DNA of 64,000 bases from Botryllus schlosseri (Eukaryota), in NCBI GenBank assembly GCA_051294905.1, contig CM119378.1, positions 9,176,001 to 9,240,000 on the forward strand. The letters run 5' to 3'. Both the position numbers and the translations under genes were made by a program. Shown here in pieces: positions 26,701-38,700 of this stretch (the first letter of the stretch is position 1; each line of letters starts with the position of its first letter). The notes under the pieces are model-generated. The model ran no database searches, was not told where the DNA came from, and saw only the letters and a list, made by a program, of their open reading frames with translations.

Positions 26701-29700
26701 CTAGAATAATGTGATATTTCGTGCGAAGTTCTCAATATTCAATGGCATTTTCAACTATGCTAGATTTATCTGAATTTTGTAACATTATACTATTTCACAA
26801 CCAATTGGTTATTAACCTTTTTCTTAGTGCGGGCCCCTATTTTTTGGTGGTTGTTTGCGCCTAGAAACCACGATATTTGGAGATCAGATGACTAAAAACA
26901 GCATCATCAATTTCGTACAAATCTCGTCACTGACTAACTGCCCGTTAAAGTCGAATTATATTTGTATTTGTATCGTCTGTATGGCTATATTGTGACTTGT
27001 GGTGAACAGTGAAAATGAAACGTAAGTCAAAAATAAAGACATATCGTATCAATATGGCGATATTTTTGACATTACAAAATTGTGGCGTGAGGTCAAAATT
27101 TGTCAAAATTGTTCACAAAGTCAAATTTATTTTAACGTCTGCATATCGTTTGTATACCGTATTGTAGATTTTGCACTGTCGGTGAACTCATCATTTGATA
27201 TTTTACAGCTTGGATAGCCTACTTTATAGGCCTACCGTTGTAAACGGCCAATTGTCTAATCATTGAGAATCATAAACGGCCAAATAAAACATATAGGTAG
27301 ACATGATGTTATGGTCAACGTACCGCAATATCCAAACTGAAGAAAGACTTTTTGGACATTGCATCATTCTAATATTAAGGCGCGCATGATGAAAAATTGT
27401 GATGTAGACAACATTATCAGAATGAAGCAACACGGTGTGTCATCAGCAGTGTACGCCCAACTCTCGAGTGTTGTCAGCCAACAACTGCTGCTATTTAACG
27501 TCCCTTCTCTATTCTCGGCAAGTTTCTTAGTAAGGACATGCACTTTCTACCAAGAATGCAGGAATGTACCTCTCGTTGTACTACAACAAATTTTATTTAT
27601 TTCTACCGGATTTCGTTAGAATATTAGTTTTTTTTCATGTAAAAATTTGCCTGTTTCTAAGCCAAAAACGTTTTTTTAGGTCAAACTACTTCGTTAAGAC
27701 AGCCAGATCCAACCAGAAATGAAGATAAGTGGTACAATTTTAACATTTTGTGGGAAAACACCTAATTTACATACGTTAGGTCAAAATGTGGTCAAAATTC
27801 AGTTTGTTTAGGTAAAAAAAAGTCAAAATTTTAATTTTTCAAGTCGAAATTTTCCTTTGCTAGGTAAGAAAATCGCCCTACTTATCAATAAGGACAATGT
27901 AATGGTATAGTGGTAGTTTCAACAATCAACATTGATATTCGATGGACCGCTAAAATCCGCCTTCCAACTCCCAGGGAGTCCACCGACAGGCTAAAGACAG
28001 ATGATGGTTGCACGAAAATTGAGCTTGTTGAGATATTCATGGAGTTTATCGACTACTATGGTTCACACCAGGCCAATTTTGTTCATTTTTATTCCGTAGT
28101 TGCCGACTTATAGCATGACCCACTTCTAGGCTTAGAGCATCTTGGAGGTACAGAACTTCAATATACAATTGAATAGTATATTGATATTGAAATGAAACCC
28201 GAATATTTTCGGCTGACACTCGTCAGGGGTAACCGTCAGCAACTAGTAGAGAATTGGGAAAAACATTGTATATCAACAATCGTATCACAAAATATGACGT
28301 CTAGGCTTTTAAAAGACACCGCTTACATGGATGAGAGGGCGAGGAGGAACTTGGATAAACCTCAACACGTTGGTAGGTATTCTGGAGTCGACCTCGGTCG
28401 GACTCGAACCCGCAACTCAGTGGTGTTGTTGCTGCTGTTGAATGTGGATTATACCACTACACTATCTCGCCAGATTGAGCTAAATTTGAACTAAAATTTG
28501 GGGGGTTCGCGGGGTCCTTGACGGTCCAAAAGGGGTCCATGAAGACAAAAAGGTTGAGAACCGCTGGGCTAATGAGACTATAGTGACATATGCGCCAAGG
28601 TACGAATCATACATTATATAGTTCGTAAGGAATGTATCAGACCTTTAATCAATAGGTTACCACGACGTATTCAGTTGCTCATACTTTGGCGACGCGTAAT
28701 GCGACCAAACATTTCACGATGACCAGTGCACTGTAATATTAGTCTGGTGAATTGGTCATCGCATCCTCGCAAGTCTAATTATGGCATCATAGCTATGTCA
28801 AGTTGAAGTTTATTTCCCACCGGATACCGTCAATTGTGGACGATGTGGCCCGTATCCCCTATCCAGTCAAATGTTGAGCACTGTGTTGCGGACTACCGGG
28901 AATCGGGTCCCGATCTTTTGAATATCGTGATCGACCTAACGACTGAGCAGGTAATATGAACAGTTGAAAAGTTGAACTTCCTTCTATAGTATAACTAAGG
29001 TTGGTGCATTCATGTATGTATATTGTGCTTCAATATATACCTTATACGGCAGTGCTTCGTTGATAGTGATTTCCGTAAAAAGCCATTGATTTCCTTGGTT
29101 TTTAAAATTTGACCACCGTGACGAACCAAGGTACTTTCCATTCTCATTTGGCGGCATGCTGTATACTTTGATTGTACCAACGTTTTCACCGAAAGAGTGG
29201 TACCAAAACGAAAGGCACTTTGCTGCAACACATACATGCATCAACATTTCGAACGACACACAACGGGTGTAAAAGTTGAGTGCGTTCACCAAAATTAGCT
29301 GGCTGCACCTACACAGAATTATCACAATGCGAAGAAGAGAGCAAAACATACCGGTAATTCAATGTTATATTATAAAACTGTGACATAATCCTTTTTGAAA
29401 TTCACAATTAACTATAGTCTAGATCGGTGGTCGGGAACCCATGGCTCGCGAGCCATATATGGCTCTTTTAGGAATAAGATATGGCTCTCTGACAAATATT
29501 TATTTTTGCACTGAATTGATCAATATTGCAGCGATTTGTTGATAAATTTCCATCACGGCCTGAATAATTATTCTCGTGGCAGTATAAACATGTCTTTGAG
29601 AGATAAATACAATGTCGTCTTCAGGTTTAGGAGCTCAGACCCGCTCTTTTTAAAATCATCATATTTAAGTTACTCTCATTCCGGCGGCCAATATCACTCC

Positions 29701-32700
29701 CGAATTCTATGTACCCGACCTGAAATCTTGAATTGTGCGATACGTTGATTAATCAAAGAGCATAACAGACATGGCGACGCCCATTTCAAAACGCAGTTTT
29801 CAAATGCGCATTATCTTCCTGATCTCAGGACGAAATGAACTGTTGTGGATGTGACAACTACAAACTTGGATTGCTAACAACGTCATAGCTAACCACGTTT
29901 TTGATTGGAAAGTATAGCTCTGTGTGGTACCGGCGATAAAATGTAGGCGTGTAGCGCAACTTTATGCTACCGCTGAATACTTTGAGAATTGAGAAGTCGA
30001 TTAGTATTTAGATTTTTGGAATCAGTGTGGCAGCCACATTCGATTAATATCAGTTATATTAAATTCTAAGCTACTTACGGCAAATTTCGTTATCAATGGT
30101 GAGGCTGACCCGTTTGTGCCTTACCTCTTGTTTCGAGCTTGATTTTCGAACAATACATACCAGTTTTTACAGAGAAAACATGGCGCACACGAGGAATCAC
30201 ATGTATTGAGTTCGAATTAGTACTGCCATGACGTCACGGATTTTTGATTGTGACGTAACAGTTGATTGGCATGTATGGCTCTTTGGGAGTTGAGATGGAA
30301 AAAATGGGGCCAATATGGCTCTTCGGACAAAAAAAGTTCCCGACCACTGGTCTAGATTATACAAGAATTATTGCATCATAGACAGAGTCTGAACATATAA
30401 CCCATTAAAAACATCACTAGACTTACGCGTAGAGTCTTTAGGATCTATGATCGGACTCATCAACCATGCCTCATCAAATCGTTGCTTTTTCGACGCCTCA
30501 AGATATAGATACGTTCCGTTGGTGTCTGTGACGTGTGGAAAATTCTATAACATTTGTATCACATGACATGAGAAATATACTTTTCATAGTGTGATCATGG
30601 CTCGGTCCAGTATTCTTCGATGGTGTTGGTCCTCTGCGTCTTGTCCAATTAAACTGATCATTTTGCGTCTCCTGTATCCATCCGCAATTGTCAGTTTCAA
30701 AATCGCAAGTCATTGTTGCTGGAAAATAAATGTCGCCTCATTTACTTTTATGCTTTTGTTGCCAAGTGGAGAGGTATATATAGACGACATCTGCACAGCG
30801 GCAGAGAATTCAGATACCGAATAACTCGAAGAAATGATCAATTTAATTTAACTCTTATCATTGCTCGGGCTCCAAAGGGGTCTGTATGTGCATCCAACAT
30901 ATCCCTGTTTAAATTCTATTTTTAATTTTATTCTGTTCTCTGTAAATAAACATTTGTGGAGATTAGGGAATAAGTTTATCCACCCCAACCGGTGCGGAAC
31001 TCAGGTGTTTCTTGTTAGCGTTTGGGTCACAGTTTTCTAGAGTTACCATACGTCCTCTTTTAAGAGGATTTGTCCTCTTTTTTGACTGTTTTGAAAGTGT
31101 CCTCGGAGGACGCCAAAATGTCCTCTTTTTGGAGATTTTGTCCTCTTTTTTGAGAATTTAGGTTAAATATATGGCAAAATACACTTAGATACAGTAAATC
31201 TGCACTGAAGTAACGCTCTGGCTGGTATTTTGGGAGCTGGGTCCGAAAGTTGACCTTTTTTTAGTCAACCGACCACGATGTGGGAAAAATTTACCATTTT
31301 TCAGGATTTTCCTCCGGTTTTGCAAGTCTGCAAATTTTGAAAAAGTGTCCTCTTTTAAGATTTCCAAAATTTGATAACCCTACAGTTTTCAACGTCATCA
31401 AGTTCTCTCTGAACAATGTCTGAGGTAAGTTTATTGGAGGGGGTGGATTATAGGTTGTAGGCCGTGAAGAATAGCCTACATGAGAAGTGGGGAATGAATA
31501 TAAAATGTTAGAAATCATTTAATTACGGCCACTACCCCGCTAAAATCAGCGACTTCTTCACCTCGGACTCTAAAGAGAGCTTGCCTGGGTAATTGTTTTA
31601 TTAAACTTGAAGGGAAAACGAGTTTGATGACAGTGTGGTTAAAATTTCCAAGTTACGCACCGCCACTACTCGGGCTCGTTTGACTATATTATAAATGCAG
31701 TCACATTTGCCTGCACGAGTCTTGGTGATTGTATCCTTTAAATAATTTAGTCGAAAATTAGAACGCAATCTGAATGCCGGTTCTGAATTTTGAGTGAATT
31801 TTATTTTCGTGTTCATACCCGATTCTACACCACATGTTACGAACGCCGCTATAGTCTTTGGGGAGTTTTATGTTTACCTATTGTATATTATCATATTACT
31901 GTTTGCAACAGCAGGACGTTGGTTTTGTTTACTTAAGGTTGGATTACCACAAATATTTCGAATAACAGAGAATCGTAGGCTACGTCAGAGTTCAAACATT
32001 TGATAGAATTGACGAAACGTTACGACTCGGAGTCTCATCTAACCTTTTCCCACCATCTTTTGGAAAAATTTATCAACCCGTAGTTGAGAGAGAGGCGAAG
32101 TCACAATCGCACTTTTGAGCTATATGCAATTTGGGGTGGTGATGTTGCACAAAAACGAATAAGAACGCACTTTAAAAGTCGGACCGTTCTTAATCGATCA
32201 ACTGGAACGTAATGGGTTTGTTGTGCATAATGTTGAAGGAAAATTGTATACTAACGACATTTTCCGCCCGTTATGCTGAAGTCGTCCAAGGCGATATCTC
32301 CTTTCCAGTCGGATCCTCTTGTTGCAGTTATCACCAACGAAAATATATGATTGTCTTGCAAATTGATCATTCCCTCAAGCCATTGATTTCCCTTTTCGCC
32401 TTTGGTTCTCCAAATATTTACCATCTTCTTTTTAATGAGTTTGAATATTGTCAAGTCTCCGATGCCTGAAAAGCGGCAATGAGAAGTTTCGGGAGTGATG
32501 CGATGGGCAGATTTCATTTTAAATCTTGCATTTCTTGGATACCTTCATCCGAATAACTGCAGGTGTCAGCATAGGTCGAGTTTACTCAGTTCAAACGGAT
32601 ATTGTATCGTAAAATCCCAAAATTTGTAGCAGGCCTACTAAAGGCCTGCAAGAATTTTTTTACACGTTTTGTTTTCGTTTTAGTGCCATGAACAGCTGTA

Positions 32701-35700
32701 CCGTGGAGTGTGGTAATTGGTGTCACTCAAGAGTGATATTTATCGACATTCTCGATGCATTAGAAATATTTGGTTCTAAATGTTGTCTTATGCTCCGAGA
32801 CTATTCTGTATACATACATTGACCTACGTCCTACATATTTCCCATTCATTTTCATACCGCCTTGAAATGTTCGGAAACATCAAGTATATAATATGCATGC
32901 AAGTCATTAACGTGATAGACCGCACGAAGCAACACGAACTTATATTATGCGGAATATATACGTGTAGTCGTTCACTTACCTGTACCGTGCATATGGTACC
33001 AAAATCGAAAGCATTTCGGACCATCTATTTTGAATTGGCTGCTGACTAAACTTGCACGCAAACCGATTTTGCGTCTTGAAGCATCGATAAATATATACCC
33101 ATCCCTAAATGAAATAGAGATATATGCGTTAATTATTCTCAGCCATCGCATCGGTGGAGCGTGCAGGAGCAGTAAGGAGTGAGCAAATTTTCAATGTACA
33201 TAATCCATATTGGAAGTTGTATGAAGTCGTTATACACCTCATACCAAGGCGAGACATGTTGGAATAATTTCATTACGTAGGCCTATTGAAAATATATTGG
33301 TAATTTCATGTACCTACTGCCTGACGTGTGGTCGGACATGGGACCCGTGCCATCTAGATGAGTCGTTGAGGATGTGGCGAGATCCCAATCAAAGTCTTTG
33401 TTTTTTCCCTTGGCCTGCTGCCATTGACATGTGGTTGTTGTAAAGTCACATGTCAGCGGATGCTCATTTGTCCCTGGCATTTCTGAAAGATAAATGTCCA
33501 TAGGCAGCTATGACAAAGAATGCTTCTGAAAGTGATAAATTGAGTTGTGGTATTTGTCTCTAAATTTCATCATTATACGTGGTAAACCTCCGTACCCTAT
33601 TGATCTATATGCAATCGAGTCATCTTTGGCTCCGAGACTAAACGGTAGTGTACACCGATTTATTTATACCTCACCTCACGGTGAAGTTGAAAATCCAAAT
33701 AAGGTAACAGCGCACCTATGTGACTATTCATCATGTGTACATATAGGGTTGTTCAAAAAATTATTTTTGAACAACCCTAATGTACATCTGCATAATTCAG
33801 CGAAAAGTACAGTAGCCAACTGTACGAAATTCTGACATATTTATCACACCGTACCGTTCGTTCTTCGTAGAATACTTGGTGATGAAATGTAGATCAGTAA
33901 TAAAATGTAGATCAGTAATATATTGCTGGTATGCTGCTTGCCGTAGCAATATCATCTACTGCGTTGCGAATTACGCTACTACAATCCTGGCCGATTACAT
34001 CGTACTCATATTGATTATAAGCGCCACAGTTGTCGTTTCAATTATTTACTTTATTACTATCAAAATTTACGTTACGCTGCAGTTAGTTATTGTTGCCTTA
34101 CATCAATCGTGAAACAGGCAAAGCTACACAAAACAAAGAAGTAGGACCGTATACATTGAGTACGGTAAATTATCTACATCGACAGCGCAGCAAACTCTTT
34201 TGCAGTGTCTTAATAAAGGGGTTTTTGATCGAAAATATTTTCCAACCGCGGTAAGAGCAACTTCCCTTTGTGAATAGAAATTTGATGAAGCCCTTTCTAT
34301 CGTATATTACAATTGCAAATAAATTGAAGTCGGACGCTGTTTCTTTCACCTTGCTTCGCCCGTGTCCATTTTTAGCAAAATAATTAATAAATTGCATCTA
34401 CTGAATTTTCCTTACTAAAATAAATATAGAATATGATGAATTAGGCTACAATTTAGCCCGGGTTACTGGCCGCGAACTATGGTAATCATTTCCATGAATT
34501 AACAGCAGTTCTCATACGGGAAATGTGCTATTAGCTGAATACCAACAATACATGACCGTAGCCACGATAAATTGTTTCAGGGGAAGGTGAAACTTTTTTA
34601 ACAATGACCTGTTGCCACGAATGTCCATAGTGACGTATTGAAAACGAGTGACGTTATAATGACCAATTAGGAACTTTGGATGACGGATGAGCGCCTTTCG
34701 CTCCATGGCAAAGCTATGCTGCATATACAGTTGGCCACATTAAACCAAGATCCGTCTGTAGTATATTTATAATTACGACCCTATGAACGGATAAATAGGC
34801 TAAACCAGAGGTGGTCACCTTTTTTAGTCTTCGGCCAGGTTACAAAGTGAGCTTTCTTCGCGGACCGCTCTTCAATATACACAGATGTGATATAAGTGAA
34901 GTATAAGTGAAGCAGTATCACACATGATTTAATTATTGAGACTCTCCTAAAGAGACTACTAATTTTTATCAGTGATTTTCACCACAATACGGAAGTATAA
35001 GAACTTTCTGCGGACTAGTCAGGCATTCCTACTTCCTACGGAATTCCGTTTAGCGGACGAAATTTCGGTGCGATTACCTTACGTTAGCACTACGGTACGA
35101 TATCATATAATATATCTCGTACTAGTACGAGAGAATTTCGTGAAACGAAATACCATGAATTTTATCGTATCGTAGGCTACGGTATATCAATTCCCTGCCT
35201 ACTACTCCTACGCTAACTGTTTTTGATGAAATTGTAAAATCTTTCAACAAAACATCCGGTCAATTGAGTTGAACCCGTGCGGCAGAATTAAGAAATATTT
35301 GTAGTACTTTATTTACAATCAGAGGAAAAGGGATTGCGTACTTATAATCTGAAAGCATTCGTGGGGTATTGACGAATTAAGACCTTGGAGTAATATAGTA
35401 GCTCGTGTAGATACTGATTACGGAAATTTTCAATCTCTAAATATATTTACTAAGAAACTGCTATACATATCGACATCATATCAATACCTAGGCTGCGTGG
35501 AACTGTTTCGCGTAAGTTCGGACAATTGAAGCATAATTTACTGGCATCTATCAATCAGTAAATAGATATCCCATCGGTTTTACCTGCAAGCGTTGGTTTA
35601 ACGACCGTGTTATCATTCTTTGGCTTTTCATCATCTATATACAGGGTAAGTGTGATGAGTATGGAACATACCTGATTGCATTGTATAACTCACCGCACGG

Positions 35701-38700
35701 TCTGCCGTCAACTTTAATGTCGTCCAACGCAATGTCTGATTGGAAGCCTGCACCGCGAGTGGCGCGAAACGCGATTTGATAAGGCATTGATTCTGTGATC
35801 GTGACCTGAGCAAATCTCCAATCGGTGTCGTTTCTGCTTTCTTCCGTGTCTTTCATCCATACGCGAGTAAATCTAATTGCAAGAAATGCTGCTGAAAGTA
35901 CCACCTTCAAATCCGACTTATTGCGGTTGACATTGTTGTTATTTGATATTCATGATGTTCAAACATTTTAATCACTTTACACCAGGTCGCTAATCGCGTT
36001 CATGAATAGCCTTTTGGATTTTATGAAACACCGCTTATTCGGAACGAATGGTAACAAGAAGCCTATAGGTGAGGCTGGATTATGGTGTCGAATCAGGTAG
36101 ACTAAAATCAAAACCATTTATATCATAATTTAAATGCAACCCTTCTTACAGCTGACATAAAGTATATGACCCTGTTTTCGTAAAAGTGCACTCAACCAAG
36201 CAAGACAGTGGTAAACCCAACTAGTTTGACAATCAGTTCAAAAGGGCTTCAGTACTATGGTAAGGTGCGGGGCCTCAAGTATTATAAATTCGAGTAGATT
36301 TTGACTTAAATTTTGACGCATTCAATTCACATTATTGCTGAATGGTATGAATAAGCGTGCAATGATGTGCTATACAATGTGTAGTATCCTATGCAGTATA
36401 TAGCAGTGTTGGGATCAAGTCACTACCTTCGAGTCACGAGTCATTTCGAGTCATTGCACATTTTGACTCGAGTCAAGTCAAGTCACTCGATTTTTGGAGG
36501 TGACTCGAGTCAAGTCGAGTCAAGTCAAGTCAAGTCACGAGTCAAGTCACAATTCAAGTCAAGTTGCCTTTTCGAAGTATGAGGCATGATTACGTCATTG
36601 CATTTTGCTAGGTGCCTGAAATACATATTAAGTGGTCATTGATTCTCAACCGCTAAACGAATATAGAGTTGAATATACACGCAGGAAGGCGCTGTATCAC
36701 TCACATGTATGTAGAATTGATAAACTGCGTAAGTAATTATATAGCCTCAGTTGATAGTTACCAGCCAAAATAGAGAATAGAGAATTGATTGAGAACGAAT
36801 TGATAAGACGCAATACATTACTCATGATACAATTCGAGCCTGCACCAATGGTTGGGGACTATATATACATATTCGAATTCAATTTCAATAAAGCAAGAGG
36901 TTTGGTTAAGGTGAGAATAGAAAAATACATTTTGCCATTCAATTACTTGTACTACTAGTTTACGACAACGTAAGCCATAAGCTTCGATTCCTTCGTTTGC
37001 GGTCAATTTATTTGTGAGAGAACAATTGAGGCTCAGTAAAACGCACGATCATTGAATGTGGTCGCAGTCTCATGGGTTACACCAGCGTTTCGCGAAAATC
37101 CAAACATATTACAGATACAGATTTTTATCGGCACCGATTACTTGATGACTTGAAATTGACTCGTGAATTTAGCTCCGAGTCACTAGTCAATCCACATTTA
37201 TGATACGCCGAGTCAAGTCAAGTCATTTTAGCAAAGTGACTCGAGTCAAGTCAAGTCATACGAAAAAGGTGACTCGAGTCAAGTCATGACTCGAGTCATC
37301 CCAACACTGGTATATAGACTCAAGGGCCTGTGTAGAAGTGCTAATATCATATCGGTACTATTATGGACTGGTATGTTGCGTTTCAATATCTATAGCTTTC
37401 ACCAATACAGAGAGGAATTCATATAATACGGTTTCAGTAAAACTAGAGGATTTCAAACTGAAAAGTGACATTCTACGCAAAGGTTTGTACTCACTTCGTA
37501 TCACCACTTTGGACCGACATAACTTCCAGCATCCCCATGCTTTTACCTTTCATGTGATAGAAAAAACTAATACAGGTTTGAACTTTTTGGTTGATTGCTG
37601 GACTGAGAATCGTGCTGTATTGCTTGTTTTTTGCAGATGATGCTTCCAAGTAGATAAACCAGCCGTCTAGATAAGTATAGGTGCTGGTAAACGGAGGATG
37701 CCGGCATTTTGATAATACTGTTTCAACGTACGCCCTGTTGTGTGATCAGACGAAGGGCCTGTACCAGAGCTTGGAGTTCGCTTTTGAAATATCTCCCAAT
37801 CTACATCGTCTTTAACATCTTGCTTCCATCCGCATAAATTGCCCCGTTCAAAGGCACAGTTGATGTTATCTGAAATAAACAGTTGCGCATGCTATCCTTC
37901 ATCGCAATCAATTTAGACCTATTGATGACTTGTCATAAGGAACCGAGTTGCGTTTTTTTCTGAGTGAGCGAAAATTTGGGGTACCGTGAAGACTTGAAGA
38001 TTAACTTAAGTGTTCCGCGGGTTTGTAAAGATTAAGGACCACTGTCCTAAATACTTCGTACAGGTACTTATATTCAACCCTTCCGAAATTTGTGTAATTA
38101 TGTTGCAGTTTTCTGGATTGTGCCCCTTGGAAATTAGATTCTTGGGGACTTCAAGGGCTCTCATCAGAATGGACATCTGACATCGTCTACGATCATGCGA
38201 CAGGCATATTTATTCAGAAAGTCAACTGACACATCACGAAATGCAGAGTGAGTTGAAAATATGATGTGGGAAAATAACACAGCTTTCCAAGAGAAAGAAG
38301 ACAGTAACCCATGTGATACTCGATGCAGGAATGGACCTCTGACATGACAACCGAGTCGCCATTTCTACGCCGAACACGCCGAAAACTGTTTTTACGTTCA
38401 TTGGAAATCTGGTCCAGTCACCGCGTCACCTAGTATGAGTCGAAGTCGAAAAAGTAAAAATAAAACAAACTGGGCTTGCAGATTATTCCGCAGTCGTACT
38501 TGAATAATTTTGTAGCCAACCTGATAATTTGGCTACAAGTCCCCCGTGATTGCGGCCTGACAACTAGCCTATCCGATGAATCAGACCATGTCTTCGAAGA
38601 GGCATGTGCTAATTGCTGAATACCATCGATAAAATCATATTTATCCATGCAACTATTGAATGCCAGTGAATCACCTGGTATCAATGCTGGTCCATCATCG

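Noticed and set aside
30760-30830. Plus-strand peptide GEVYIDDIC resembling a MAM C-terminus
   Set aside because: Short, stop-bounded and on the wrong strand; the flanking exons join in phase without it, so it is likely chance.
38426-38428. TGA right after a strong acceptor as a possible Sec codon (K-U-RGDW)
   Set aside because: No SECIS recognised, and a simpler stop-free splice path (38471 to 37869) exists.
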